Counted from the stretch's first letter, positions 10,612-21,683 are shown. The stretch: DNA of 64,000 nt from Promethearchaeota archaeon (GCA_048939995.1 JBHLOY010000001.1:398449-462448); one strand, 5' to 3'. A program made the numbers and translations. The notes: generated from the letters alone by a model not told the origin.

Positions 10612-11748
10612 ATGAAATATATGGTTAAAAATTTTAAACATCGAATCGGTTCTCATTGCGAATCTGCATCAATGAGAGATCTTTTTGAATATTATGGTTT
10701 TCCTATGTCAGAGGCTATGGCATTCGGTTTAGATGGTACAATGGGTTTCGGTTTTTTTGATATGTCTGATCAAACCTCATTCGTTATTGACTTTGATATA
10801 CCTTTCTTCTTAGGAGGGAAACAAGGAACGATTGACCCTAATAGCCTAGCGTGCCGTTTGTTAGGTATCACTCTTAGAAAACAATCTTTCACCAGTGCAG
10901 ATAAAGCATGGGAAGAATCAAAGAGATTGATTAAACAAAATGTGCCTCTTATAATACGGGTAGATATTGTCTATATGCCGTATGAAGATTTTGGAAATCA
11001 GAGTGATGAAACGCATTTTGGTGGACATGCAATAACATTAGCAGGATTCGATGAAGAGAAAGGTCTAGCTTATTTAGGTGATACAGAATTCGATGGTTTT
11101 CAATCAATCCCAATTAGTATTTTGAAAACAGCTAGAAGTTCAACTTATGGACCTAAATTTTTGCATCCGCAGAATACTCAATTTTCTATGAAATGTGGTC
11201 CTGATAATAAACATCCCCCCTTAGCTGCAGGAATAAAACTTGCAATTCAGCAAGTTGTAAACAATATGCTTCGAGCTTCGATGAATTATAACGGAATACA
11301 AGGGTTAAAGAGATTTGCGAGTTCTATACTCTCATGGGATGATAAATTGAAAAAAAAGGTGACTAATTCTAAGGGACATGAAACTTATTTAGCAAGCATA
11401 ATGTTTGATCTTATTTATGGATATATTGAGACTTGGGGTACAGGAGGGGCATGCTTTCGAAATTTATATAAAAATTTTCTTGAGGAATTGATACAACTTC
11501 CGGAGATAAAGAAAGGTCCTATGGCATGGAAGAATGAAGAAATAAAGATAATAGAAGATTGTTTACCTCTTATAGATGCTTCTAGGAAAAAGTGGACATT
11601 GTTTGCTCAATCACTAAAAAATTCTGTTGAAGAATATAAAAGTGAATGTTTATTGCATGTTAACTTGAATGAATTACAAAACACTGTTTTAGATATTTTA
11701 AAGAATGAAGAGATTTTATTTAAAAACTTATCAAGGATAAAAATCTAA
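10612..11748 (+). CDS. BtrH N-terminal/DUF4872 protein (papain-like Cys-His fold)
   Basis: G-S-HCES...SEAMAFGL and HFGGHAITLAGFD. Confidence 0.75.
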   Translation: MKYMVKNFKHRIGSHCESASMRDLFEYYGFPMSEAMAFGLDGTMGFGFFDMSDQTSFVIDFDIPFFLGGKQGTIDPNSLACRLLGITLRKQSFTSADKAWEESKRLIKQNVPLIIRVDIVYMPYEDFGNQSDETHFGGHAITLAGFDEEKGLAYLGDTEFDGFQSIPISILKTARSSTYGPKFLHPQNTQFSMKCGPDNKHPPLAAGIKLAIQQVVNNMLRASMNYNGIQGLKRFASSILSWDDKLKKKVTNSKGHETYLASIMFDLIYGYIETWGTGGACFRNLYKNFLEELIQLPEIKKGPMAWKNEEIKIIEDCLPLIDASRKKWTLFAQSLKNSVEEYKSECLLHVNLNELQNTVLDILKNEEILFKNLSRIKI

Positions 11749-11750
11749 AG

Positions 11751-12767
11751 GTGAAAAAATTGAGCAATTGGGAATCTATGTTAAATAAAAACCCATTAGA
11801 TTGGTTATTAGAAGAAAATAATCCTTCAGTTAGATATTTTACTTTAGTAGATATATTAGAAAAAAGTCCAACTTCTGCTGAAGTTAAAGATGCTAAACAA
11901 AAAATCATGAGAAGTGAGATTGTATCTAAAATTCTGAGTAAGCAAAAGGAAGGAGGGTACTGGGTGAATCATGATAACTTCTATGTATATACCAAGTATA
12001 AAGGTACTGTATGGACTTTTATCATCTTAGCAGAACTTAATGCGGATGGAAATGATGATAGAATTAAACAGACTTGTGAATTTATTCTCAAAAATTCTCA
12101 AGACCGCAATAGCGGAGGTTTTTCTGTCCATGGAAATGAAGAGAAGGGTGGTGTCCATGAGCAAGTTATACCTTGCCTAAACGGAAATATGATTTGGGCT
12201 TTAATCAGATTTGGATATCTAGACGACCCACGAATTCAACATGCTATTAATTGGATTGTACAATATCAAAGACTTGATGATGGGGTTGACAAAACACCTC
12301 AAGGGTGGCCTTATGAAAAACATAAAAATTGTTGGGGAAAGCATACATGTCATATGGGCGTTGTAAAAAATTTAATGGCGTTAGCTGAGATTCCATTAAA
12401 TAAACGATCGCGTAAAGTTAGTAATTTTATTCCTAAAGCAGTTGAATATATACTCGACCATCATATTTATAAAAAAAGTCATGAAAAGAATGTGGTAGCT
12501 AAGGAGGAATGGACTAAGTTTGGTTTTCCTTTATTATGGAAAATAGATGCTTTGGAAATTGTGAACATTTTAACACAATTAGGTTATAAGGATGCCAGAA
12601 TGCAAGAAGCTATTGATTTAGTTCTATCAAAACAAACTCAAGAAGGTAAATGGATATTAGAAAAAAGCTTTAATGGACGTGTTCAGGCAAACATTGAACA
12701 ACAAGGTAAAGAGAGTAAATGGATTACCCTGAACGCAGTTAGAGCGTTAAAACAATATTATGAATAA
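11751..12767 (+). CDS. Prenyltransferase/squalene-cyclase (QW-repeat) alpha-barrel protein
   Basis: Repeats SKQKEGGYW, SQDRNSGGF and SKQTQEGKW; N-terminal WLLEENNPSVRY; C-terminal SKWITLNA. Confidence 0.65.
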   Translation: MKKLSNWESMLNKNPLDWLLEENNPSVRYFTLVDILEKSPTSAEVKDAKQKIMRSEIVSKILSKQKEGGYWVNHDNFYVYTKYKGTVWTFIILAELNADGNDDRIKQTCEFILKNSQDRNSGGFSVHGNEEKGGVHEQVIPCLNGNMIWALIRFGYLDDPRIQHAINWIVQYQRLDDGVDKTPQGWPYEKHKNCWGKHTCHMGVVKNLMALAEIPLNKRSRKVSNFIPKAVEYILDHHIYKKSHEKNVVAKEEWTKFGFPLLWKIDALEIVNILTQLGYKDARMQEAIDLVLSKQTQEGKWILEKSFNGRVQANIEQQGKESKWITLNAVRALKQYYE

Positions 12768-12796
12768 AGTTTAATTAGTTTATTAATGGGAAATAT

Positions 12797-13459
12797 ATGG
12801 TAAATGAAATAGATATAAAAATCGAAGAACTTCGCAAAAATTTTCTACAATATACCAGAAAAGCATTTGAAATGCTTCCAAGAATAGATTACCCTCACAT
12901 ACTTGATGTAGGTTGTGGTTCAGGAATACCAGCTATAGAATTAGCGCAATTGAGCAATGCAGAGATAATTGGAATAGATATTGATCAAGAAGCTCTAGAA
13001 AAGTTTAATGAAAAAATTAAAAAATTCAACTTATCAGATCGAGTGAAAACTATTAATTGTTCTTTATTAGATATAGATTTTCCGAATGAGAATTTTGATA
13101 TTATCTGGGCAGAGGGAGTAATGCAATTTATTGGATTTGAAAAAGCTTTGAAAGAATGGAATAGAATGCTCAAAAAGAATGGTTTTATTGTTGTGCACGA
13201 TGATTTGAGAGATAAAGAAAAGAAATTAAAAACTATACCCAAATATGGATATAAATTAGTAGATTATTTCCTATTACCTGATGATGTATGGTGGAGGGAT
13301 TATTTTATGCCATTAGAACTTCAAATCGAGAAGTTTAGTAATTTCCCCAGAAAGCTTAAGAAATTAAAGAGTTTTATAAAAGAAATTAATTCCTATAAGA
13401 AAAATCCAGGAAATTATCGGTCGATGTTTTATTTAATCCAGAAAGTAGATAGAGTTTAA
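12797..13459 (+). CDS. Class I SAM-dependent methyltransferase
   Basis: ILDVGCGSG, GID, FDIIWAEG. Confidence 0.9.
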   Translation: MVNEIDIKIEELRKNFLQYTRKAFEMLPRIDYPHILDVGCGSGIPAIELAQLSNAEIIGIDIDQEALEKFNEKIKKFNLSDRVKTINCSLLDIDFPNENFDIIWAEGVMQFIGFEKALKEWNRMLKKNGFIVVHDDLRDKEKKLKTIPKYGYKLVDYFLLPDDVWWRDYFMPLELQIEKFSNFPRKLKKLKSFIKEINSYKKNPGNYRSMFYLIQKVDRV

Positions 13460-13475
13460 TTTTAGTGAAAATATT

Positions 13476-13901
13476 ATGATAGATAATAATTTAGCAGCTC
13501 CATGTGGTATATATTGTGGTGCTTGTCGCCAATATCTCGTCTTGAAAAAAGACTTACTAAAAGAGAGAGGCTTTAAATTAGGTTGTAGAGGATGTCGAAT
13601 TCGAAACAAGAATTGTGTCTTTATAAGAAGAGATTGTTCAGCATTGAGGAAAAAAGAATTAGAATTTTGTTTCGAGTGCGAGAAATTTCCATGTCAAAAA
13701 TTGAGTAAAATTGATGCTCTTTATCAAGAGAGATATCATGTAAACTTGATTAAGAATCTGAAAAGAATTCGAGATATAGGTGTCGATAAATGGCTTAAAG
13801 AGCAAGAGATACTCTACACTTGCCCTAAATGTGAAGGTGAGATTTGCGTCCATGATGCTGAATGTTATGATTGTGGGAATAAATTAAATCCAAATACATA
13901 A
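13476..13901 (+). CDS. DUF3795 cysteine-rich (Fe-S/Zn) protein with C-terminal Zn ribbon
   Basis: APCGIYCGAC, CRGCR, FCFECEKFPC, CPKC...CYDC. Confidence 0.8.
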   Translation: MIDNNLAAPCGIYCGACRQYLVLKKDLLKERGFKLGCRGCRIRNKNCVFIRRDCSALRKKELEFCFECEKFPCQKLSKIDALYQERYHVNLIKNLKRIRDIGVDKWLKEQEILYTCPKCEGEICVHDAECYDCGNKLNPNT

Positions 13902-13915
13902 TAAGGAGGATAAAA

Positions 13916-16417
13916 ATGGATGAGATAAGAATTGTAGGTGCACGAATTCATAATCTAAAAAATGTAAAGATAAATATTCCTAAAAATAAGATTATACTCA
14001 TTACAGGAGTGTCAGGTTCAGGTAAATCCAGTTTGGCTTTTGATATTATTTTTGATGAGGGTATGAACAGATATTTGCAATCAATTGGTTTTCCACCGAA
14101 GTTTGAAGATGAAAAACCATTTGATATAATAGAAGGTCTTAGCCCTACCGTGGCAGTAGAACAAAGGACAACAAGAGTTTTTAATCCTCGTTCTACGGTA
14201 GGTACTAAAACGGGGCTATATGGACTTCTTCGGATGCTTTATGCCACTGAAGGGGTTTTGATTTGCCCAATTTGTAAAGAACCCGTCAACGAAGCTACTT
14301 TAGAGTGTGGTATATGTGGAATGGTTATTGAACGTAAGCAAATCAAATATTTTTCATTTAACGAGCCTTCAGGGATGTGCTTAGAATGCAAAGGAAGGGG
14401 ATATACAATGCATCTTAATGAGGAAATGATCATTCAAGACTATAATAGAAATTTAATAGAAATTACGAAAGCGGGTTCTGGCTGTTTTGCTGATCAGATT
14501 AGATTTGTTGAACAATTACCAAGATTTTATGATTTTGATATTAAAACAGCCTATAAGGATCTACCAGAAAAAATTAAGAAGATCTATCTTTATGGAAGTG
14601 GAAAAAAGCTACAGTTTAAATGGGAGTCAAAAAGATTTAGTGGTGAATTAGAAAGAGAATTTGAAGGAATTATTCCACATTTAGAGAGAGCTATGACTGA
14701 GAGTACGAGTGCCTATCGAAGAAGTAAAATTGCGAAGGATTATATGAGCATGAAAAAGTGTGAGGGATGTTTTGGCTATAGAATAAATGAACAAGCTAGA
14801 GAGATTAAGATTAATAGTAAGCATATAGGAGAATTATCAAAAATGACTATTGATGAGTTAATCGATTTCTTAGAAAACTTAAGTAAAAAAAATATAAAAA
14901 GTCCTCAAGGTAAATCAATGCTAGAAAGCTTGATTAAAGGTTTGAAGCGCATGATTAATGTTGGTCTTTCCTATTTACACTTACATCGTTCCTTGCCTAC
15001 TTTAAGTGGAGGGGAATTACAAAGACTATCTCTCATGACTCATCTTGATGGAGGGCTTGATTCTCTTATTTACATATTGGATGAACCGAGTATGAGTCTA
15101 CATGAAAAAGAAAAAGAATCATTGATTAATATTCTAAAAGAACTTAAAGATTTAGGAAATACTGTAATTATTGTTGAACATGACAAACAATTTATCAAAA
15201 TCGCTGATGAAATTATAGATATTGGACCAGGAGCAGGAAAGAATGGAGGAAAAATAGTTTATCAAGGGGATTTAGATGGGATTAGGCAAATTAATAATTC
15301 TTATACAGGTCAATTTTTATTAGGTAAAATAAAATTGCCAAATAAGACAGTTCAACAAATTAAGGTAATTAATGGTAAGACCAAATTCTTAATTATTAAA
15401 AATGCTAATACAAATAATCTTAAAAGCGTTAATATTAAGATTCCGCTCGGTATGCTGGTTGGAATTGCAGGAGTTTCCGGATCGGGTAAGAGTTCTTTAG
15501 TATTAGATACCTTAGTGCCGCTTTTAAGACCATACTTTTCAAGAAGTACTCGAAAAGTTGTAAAAAACCAAAATGAAAATGAAGATGATGCTGAAAATGG
15601 AGAAGATCTAACAGAATTTTCTGGAATTCTAGAAGGATGGAAAAATCTAGATGGTGTAGTTGTTGTAAACCAAAAACCAATATCTAGAGTGAGAACTTCC
15701 ACTCCTTCTTCATTTATTGGTATTTGGGATAAAATAAGGAATATTTATGCTAAAACTCCTGAAGCAAGGAAGAGAAAATATTCAGCAGGACACTTTTCAT
15801 ATAATTCTGATAATGGTAGGTGTCCCATTTGTAGAGGTAGTGGAGTTCAAGATTTACAAATTTCTTTTTTAAGTAGTTTCACCATACCTTGTAAAGAATG
15901 TAAAGGTTTAAGATATAAAGCAGAAATTTTAGAAATCAAATATAAAGGGAAGACAATCGCAGATTTACTTGATATAACGGTAAAGGAAGCATTAGAATTA
16001 TTCAGATCCGAAACTAGAGTTTCTAATATATTAAAGATTCTTGAAAAGATTGGCATGGGATATATTACACTAGGGCAACCTGCCCCTACGTTAAGTGGAG
16101 GTGAAGCTCAACGAATCAAATTAGCGAAAGAACTTGGAAAAGTCCGTAAGGGTAAATCATTGTATATATTGGACGAACCTACTGTTGGTTTATCATTCTA
16201 TGATGCCGTAAAACTAATAGAGTTGTTAGATCAACTAGTAGAGGAAGGAAATAGTGTTATAATAATTGAGCATGACCCTGAAATTCTCTCTTATATGGAC
16301 TATATAATCGAGCTAGGTCCAGAAGGAGGGTCAAAAGGGGGAAAAGTAATTGCTGTCGGAACACCAAAGCAATTAAAAGAAAATAAAAGTTCAATTACAG
16401 GTAATTATTTAAACTAA
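13916..16417 (+). CDS. uvrA: UvrA-family ABC ATPase (short, class II/DrrC-like)
   Basis: GARIHNLKNV, two GVSGSGKSS Walker A motifs, two LSGGE signatures, ILDEP, CxxC Zn sites; 833 aa. Confidence 0.85.
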   Translation: MDEIRIVGARIHNLKNVKINIPKNKIILITGVSGSGKSSLAFDIIFDEGMNRYLQSIGFPPKFEDEKPFDIIEGLSPTVAVEQRTTRVFNPRSTVGTKTGLYGLLRMLYATEGVLICPICKEPVNEATLECGICGMVIERKQIKYFSFNEPSGMCLECKGRGYTMHLNEEMIIQDYNRNLIEITKAGSGCFADQIRFVEQLPRFYDFDIKTAYKDLPEKIKKIYLYGSGKKLQFKWESKRFSGELEREFEGIIPHLERAMTESTSAYRRSKIAKDYMSMKKCEGCFGYRINEQAREIKINSKHIGELSKMTIDELIDFLENLSKKNIKSPQGKSMLESLIKGLKRMINVGLSYLHLHRSLPTLSGGELQRLSLMTHLDGGLDSLIYILDEPSMSLHEKEKESLINILKELKDLGNTVIIVEHDKQFIKIADEIIDIGPGAGKNGGKIVYQGDLDGIRQINNSYTGQFLLGKIKLPNKTVQQIKVINGKTKFLIIKNANTNNLKSVNIKIPLGMLVGIAGVSGSGKSSLVLDTLVPLLRPYFSRSTRKVVKNQNENEDDAENGEDLTEFSGILEGWKNLDGVVVVNQKPISRVRTSTPSSFIGIWDKIRNIYAKTPEARKRKYSAGHFSYNSDNGRCPICRGSGVQDLQISFLSSFTIPCKECKGLRYKAEILEIKYKGKTIADLLDITVKEALELFRSETRVSNILKILEKIGMGYITLGQPAPTLSGGEAQRIKLAKELGKVRKGKSLYILDEPTVGLSFYDAVKLIELLDQLVEEGNSVIIIEHDPEILSYMDYIIELGPEGGSKGGKVIAVGTPKQLKENKSSITGNYLN

Positions 16418-16455
16418 TAATATAAAACTAATAACAGATAAAAAGATAATGAGAA

Positions 16456-17091
16456 ATGGAAAATTTGAATAAGAAAGAGTTCAAACCGGAAACTCTTGTA
16501 GGTAAAGCTATAAAAGATCCAATATTACGCGAAAAATTAATAAAAAATTTGCTTGTTAAAGATGACTATACAAGGTTTAATAGCCATAAAGTTTTGCTAA
16601 TTTTAAGTGAAAAGAAACCCGAAATTCTTTATCCTAATTGGGATTTTTTTGCTAATTTATTGAAAAGTAGCAATAATTTTCAAATCGTTATTGGAATTCA
16701 ATTAATTGCAAACCTTGTTAGAGTTGACCATCAAGCTAAGTTTGAAGGTTTGTTTGATGAATATTGCAGATTAATTGATACTAAAAGTGTGATGACGTCA
16801 TCACATATAGCATTGAATTTAGGTAAGATTGCCAAAGAGAAACCAAACTTAAGAGAGAAAGTAACCAAACGATTACTGAGTATAGATAAGACCCATCATG
16901 AGCCACAAAGAAAAGATCTAATAAAAGCATATGCAATCGAATCTCTAAATGAGTATTTCGATATGGTTGAAGATAAAGCAGAAATAATTAATTTTGTAAA
17001 AAGTCAATTAAAATCTCGAAGCCCTAAAACTAAGAAGATAGCTGAGAGTTTTCTTAAAAAAAAAGCTCTAAAGAACAATTTCCAATGTTAA
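16456..17091 (+). CDS. HEAT/ARM-like alpha-helical hypothetical protein
   Basis: Helical repeat pattern (R..S.KVL..LSEKKPEILYP, LGKIAKEKP). Confidence 0.55.
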   Translation: MENLNKKEFKPETLVGKAIKDPILREKLIKNLLVKDDYTRFNSHKVLLILSEKKPEILYPNWDFFANLLKSSNNFQIVIGIQLIANLVRVDHQAKFEGLFDEYCRLIDTKSVMTSSHIALNLGKIAKEKPNLREKVTKRLLSIDKTHHEPQRKDLIKAYAIESLNEYFDMVEDKAEIINFVKSQLKSRSPKTKKIAESFLKKKALKNNFQC

Positions 17092-17151
17092 CAAGTGTAG
17101 ATTCAAAGATTAATTAATAATATGTTCTAATAATTTCTTTCAATTAATAAG

Positions 17152-17700
17152 ATGAATATTAAGGATTGGCAAGATTTTAAGGGAGAACAGGTACTTAGAG
17201 AATTAGGAATTACAGAAAGTCAAAAAGTATTAGATTTTGGATGTGGCTCGGGAGTATATTCGATTATTGTAGCAAAAATTGTAAAAAGTCAAGGAAAAAT
17301 TTATGCTCTCGATTATAATGAAGATTCTTTAGGAGTACTAAAACATAAAATTAGAACACATAATATTAAAAATATTGAAATCATTAAGACATCAAAAGAA
17401 ATATCAATCCCTTTGAAATCTAATTTTTTAGATACGGTATTACTATATGATGTTTATCATTTATTAGATAAAGATAATAGATTTATATTATTAGGTGAAA
17501 TTTATCGTGTTTTAAAGAGGAAATCTGGAATTTTATCTTATTTTGCTACTCATATTGATTCTTATGGAATTAATTTAAATGAAGTTCAAGAGCAATTGAC
17601 AAATGCAGGTTTTGAATTTAAAGGGAAGTTTAAAAGACCTATGTTTCATTGGAATTGGATTGAAGAAGGTATTATTCTTAACTATAATAAAAAAGGATGA
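17152..17700 (+). CDS. Class I SAM-dependent methyltransferase
   Basis: VLDFGCGSG, YALD, EIYRVLK. Confidence 0.85.
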   Translation: MNIKDWQDFKGEQVLRELGITESQKVLDFGCGSGVYSIIVAKIVKSQGKIYALDYNEDSLGVLKHKIRTHNIKNIEIIKTSKEISIPLKSNFLDTVLLYDVYHLLDKDNRFILLGEIYRVLKRKSGILSYFATHIDSYGINLNEVQEQLTNAGFEFKGKFKRPMFHWNWIEEGIILNYNKKG

Positions 17701-17733
17701 TCTTGTATTTATATCAATTTAAATAAGTTAAAA

Positions 17734-18324
17734 TTAAATTTCTTCTTTAATCTGAGTATAAAAATCCGCAATAATTTTATGTTTTTTTGTTGCAATTTTC
17801 TTTGAAATATCTAGGATCAAACCGTCCTTTATTTTAAGAATTTTTTCTTCTAAATGATTAATTACATCATTCAGATTGCCCTTATTTTGAATTGTATAGC
17901 CTATTGTTCGATACAACCCAATCGCCCCAATTGCATCTATTTTATCCACATCTGACAAAATCTTTGCTTCAAGAGTTTTAGGTCTTACTTGATTTGAAAA
18001 AGAATGTGCCTTAATACAATGAAGAATATTTTTCATGTTCTCATCTGGAAGATTGAAGTCTTGGGAATTTAAGTATACTTTAGCCAGCTTTGCAGAAATT
18101 TCTGCGTGATTTTCACGAATATCTTTATTTTTCTTTTTATTTCTTGCTAGATCATGAAGTAAAGATGCTATTTTTAACACATCTAGATTAGCATTTAATT
18201 TTTTACCTAAAGTTATGCATAAATTATAAACTCTCTCAATATGAGGAAATCCATGAATATCATTTAATTCAGAATTCTTAATTGTATATTTACGAACAAC
18301 TTCAATGAGGTTTTCTTTTACCAT
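17734..18324 (-). CDS. HD-domain phosphohydrolase
   Basis: HGFPHIERV, LLHD, H, SDVDKIDAIGAIG. Confidence 0.9.
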   Translation of the reverse strand: MVKENLIEVVRKYTIKNSELNDIHGFPHIERVYNLCITLGKKLNANLDVLKIASLLHDLARNKKKNKDIRENHAEISAKLAKVYLNSQDFNLPDENMKNILHCIKAHSFSNQVRPKTLEAKILSDVDKIDAIGAIGLYRTIGYTIQNKGNLNDVINHLEEKILKIKDGLILDISKKIATKKHKIIADFYTQIKEEI

Positions 18325-18407
18325 TAGAAATTTCTTTATAATTTATTATCTATTAGAAAAAATTAAAAAAGAAATATTTAAGTTTAACCCAAAGATTTAA
18401 TAAAGGA

Positions 18408-20096
18408 CTATACTTCTTCTCCTCGTCTTTTAGCTTCAATATCCTTTAACTCTTTCCTCTGTACTTTCCCAACCATTGTTTCTGGAAGTTCTTTCCTAAA
18501 TTCTATGAATTTTGGTACTTTATAGGGAGCCATATTTTGTTGGCAGAAAGCCTTAATTTCATTTTTCATCTCATCAGTTTCTTGATAGCCATCTTTTAAT
18601 ACTACATAAGCTTTTACTTTTTCGCTACCCGGGAGATCAGGATTAGGAACACCTATAATAGCAACATTCTCAATTGCTTCGTGTTCAAATAAAATATCTT
18701 CAAGCTCTCGTGGATATACCTTAAACCCACTTACATCTATCATATCCTTCTTTCGATCAACAATATAGAAATAACCATCTTCATCCATTTTACCAATATC
18801 TCCTGTCAGAACCCACCCATCTTTTAATTGATTATCTGTCTCTTCTGGTTTATTCCAGTACCCTTTAAATACTTGAGGTCCTTTCATCATAATTTCTCCA
18901 GCTTCTCCAAGAGGGACAATTTTGGTGTAATCTTCAATATCAACTATTTTAACCTCTGTATCAGGTATTGGCATTCCAACAGAACCTATTTTTCTTTCTC
19001 CAACTATTGGATTACTATGAGTTACTGGTGAAGTTTCTGTCATTCCATATCCTTCTAATACTTTTCCTCCAGTTCTTTGTTCAAATTCTTTAAGAACTTC
19101 GGGAGGCATTGGTGCGGCTCCAGTATTGCAAATTCTGATAGATCTAAGATATTTAGCATAATCTTCTAAGTCATCTCTTTCCAATAGACGCATATACATT
19201 GTTGGGACTCCTGGAAATATTGAAGGTTGTGTAGCTTTTATTATTTCAAAAAGGGACTTCTGATCTCGTGCATCGGGGTTTAATGCGACTGTTGAAGCAA
19301 GATAAATATGTAGGTTCATGCATACTGTTTGGCCATAAATATGAAAAAGAGGTAGATTGGTTAAGATAGTTTCTTTTCCTCTTTGTAATGCTTGGCCTAT
19401 CCAAGAAAGTGTAGCCACAGAATTAGAAACAAGATTATAATGAGTTAACATAGCACCTTTTGGAACACCAGTTGTGCCTCCTGTATATTGAAGGCAAGCA
19501 ATATCTTCCTTTGCATTAGTTTCAAATTTAGGAGGATCCGGTTTTGTGTTCTCGATAATATTGAGGAATTGATGAGTTCCTGATATCTCAGGAGGATTTC
19601 TCGGAGCCATTGGGGCGTAATCAAAAACGTTTGTGATTATTACCTGCCTTAAGCGGGTCCTATCTCTAATTTTATTAATCTTTTCTACCTGATTATCCCA
19701 TGCAATAATTATCTCTGCCCCAGAATCGTTAAGTTGGTACATCAACTCGTGCTCAGTATAGAGAACACTAACACAAGTCACTATTCCACCTGCTTTTAAT
19801 ATTCCATAATAACTCATTATGAATTGTGGAAAATTTGGAATCATAATGGCTACAACATCACCTCTTTTGACTCCCATTTTAACAAGTGCAGTTGCTAATC
19901 TATCGGCTGTATCCTTCAATTTTTTGTATGTTATTTTATTTTTTAAAAACCAAATTGCGGTATGGCTACTAAAATCACTTGCAGCATCATCTAAAAACTT
20001 ATAAATGTTTATTTCAGGATAATCTATGTGAGCCGGAACGCCCTCATCATAATTCTTTAACCATGGTTTAGAAGCATATGGATCCATTTCACTCAT
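18408..20096 (-). CDS. fadD: Long-chain fatty acid-CoA ligase
   Basis: QYTGGTTGVPKG, EGYGMTE, TGD, DRKKDMI, GKV. Confidence 0.9.
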   Translation of the reverse strand: MSEMDPYASKPWLKNYDEGVPAHIDYPEINIYKFLDDAASDFSSHTAIWFLKNKITYKKLKDTADRLATALVKMGVKRGDVVAIMIPNFPQFIMSYYGILKAGGIVTCVSVLYTEHELMYQLNDSGAEIIIAWDNQVEKINKIRDRTRLRQVIITNVFDYAPMAPRNPPEISGTHQFLNIIENTKPDPPKFETNAKEDIACLQYTGGTTGVPKGAMLTHYNLVSNSVATLSWIGQALQRGKETILTNLPLFHIYGQTVCMNLHIYLASTVALNPDARDQKSLFEIIKATQPSIFPGVPTMYMRLLERDDLEDYAKYLRSIRICNTGAAPMPPEVLKEFEQRTGGKVLEGYGMTETSPVTHSNPIVGERKIGSVGMPIPDTEVKIVDIEDYTKIVPLGEAGEIMMKGPQVFKGYWNKPEETDNQLKDGWVLTGDIGKMDEDGYFYIVDRKKDMIDVSGFKVYPRELEDILFEHEAIENVAIIGVPNPDLPGSEKVKAYVVLKDGYQETDEMKNEIKAFCQQNMAPYKVPKFIEFRKELPETMVGKVQRKELKDIEAKRRGEEV

Positions 20097-20180
20097 TCTA
20101 ATAATATACCTCCTAAAATTAGATTATTCATAATAATTCAAAAGATTTATTATAAAATAAAAAGATTTTGAAAATAAATA

Positions 20181-21683
20181 TCACTGTTCTAAGCTATCTA
20201 AGGCAGTAATAGCAGATTCACAAACATAATCACATTCGTCGTGTATAAGACCCTTTAAACCTGAAATAATTTCAGGTGTAGTTATACCAATTTTTGCAAG
20301 AGCTTCAGTGGATCTCCATCTAACATCAGGATTTTTATCACTTAAAGCATTCATCAACGATGGAATCGCTCTTTCAGCAAATTTGCCCATTTTACCAATG
20401 GATAATGCCGCCTCTCGTCGTACAATTTTAGATTTATCATTTAGAGCTTGTTCAAGAGCAGATAAAGCATCTTCCGAGCCAATTCCGATACTTCCTAGTG
20501 CCCTTGCAGCCTCAACTCGAATATGCTTTTTTCCACTTTGCATTATTTCAATCATAAATGGGATAGCTTCTTCAGCGTCTACACCAATACCTCCAATTGA
20601 AGAAATAATTATTAGTTTACGCCTATTATTGGTTATAAAATATTTTATTATATAATAAGGGGTTAAAATTAGAGGTACTAATAGAGTTAAAATGAATATG
20701 AAAATAGGAAGAAAATCTGATGATTCTAATAATATGTATGGGGCAACCAAAAAAGGTAAGATCCAATACAATATCCAACCAAATGAAAATTTCATATACT
20801 CATTATAAGATTTGATTAATGACGGTATAGAGTCTTTTCCAATTGAGCGAAGCGCATCAGCAGCTTTTCCGTGGATAATTTCATTATTATCTCTTAATAA
20901 CAAATAAAGGCTCTCAATAACTTTTGGATCTGCTTTTTTTATTTCACCCAAAGTTTCAATAGCTTCTTTTTTTATAATCAGATTTTTGTGTTTTATTATA
21001 CCTAATAAACTTGGTATCGCTGCTTCTCCCATCTCAGCTAAGGTGCTAACTATTCTATATCTTACTCTCCAATCCTTATCATCAATTGAAGAGATCAAAC
21101 TTGGAAGAGCCTTTATAGATCCTTTTCCAATTTTACTTATTGCCTGAGCTGAAGCAGTCCTAACTGCCCAACTTATATCTTTAAGGCTCTTCATTAAATA
21201 AGGAACTGAATCACCTGCCTCAGGACCAATAGATCCAAGAGCATTAGCAGCTTCTGCACGAACTTCTTCATTATTATCCTTTAATGCTTTATTTAGGCTA
21301 TTTAATGACTCCGGAGTTGGATTTTTGATCTTACCTAATGAGATTGCTGCCTCTTTTCGAATTGATTCATATTCACTACTTAGTAATTTAGCGAGTTCTG
21401 GCACAGCATCCTTTATACTAGTCCCAATCTTTCCTAAAGTTCGAGCAGTCTCACGACAGATACTCCAATCCTCATCTGAAAGACAAGCCAATAATTCTGA
21501 GACTGCATTTATTGATTTATCTCCTAATTCTCCTAAAATGTATATCGCGTTAAATTTTATTGATCGAATTTCACTATCTAAATTTGCAATTACTTCTTTG
21601 ATTACTGAGGGATCCTTTTCAATTCTAGATAATACTAAATCAATCCTAGAGTCTCTTAAAAGTGTTTCTAATGGGGCAGACAA
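20181..21683 (-). CDS. HEAT/PBS-lyase repeat protein with internal transmembrane hairpin
   Basis: Many LxD..xVR..AA.ALG repeats interrupted by two hydrophobic segments (FSFGWILYWILPFLVAPYILL; FLPIFIFILTLLVPLIL). Confidence 0.8.
   Translation of the reverse strand: MSAPLETLLRDSRIDLVLSRIEKDPSVIKEVIANLDSEIRSIKFNAIYILGELGDKSINAVSELLACLSDEDWSICRETARTLGKIGTSIKDAVPELAKLLSSEYESIRKEAAISLGKIKNPTPESLNSLNKALKDNNEEVRAEAANALGSIGPEAGDSVPYLMKSLKDISWAVRTASAQAISKIGKGSIKALPSLISSIDDKDWRVRYRIVSTLAEMGEAAIPSLLGIIKHKNLIIKKEAIETLGEIKKADPKVIESLYLLLRDNNEIIHGKAADALRSIGKDSIPSLIKSYNEYMKFSFGWILYWILPFLVAPYILLESSDFLPIFIFILTLLVPLILTPYYIIKYFITNNRRKLIIISSIGGIGVDAEEAIPFMIEIMQSGKKHIRVEAARALGSIGIGSEDALSALEQALNDKSKIVRREAALSIGKMGKFAERAIPSLMNALSDKNPDVRWRSTEALAKIGITTPEIISGLKGLIHDECDYVCESAITALDSLEQ

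Noticed and set aside
13916-16417. Canonical nucleotide-excision-repair uvrABC locus
   Set aside because: No uvrB or uvrC is nearby, the protein is short, and its context is a PadR operon.
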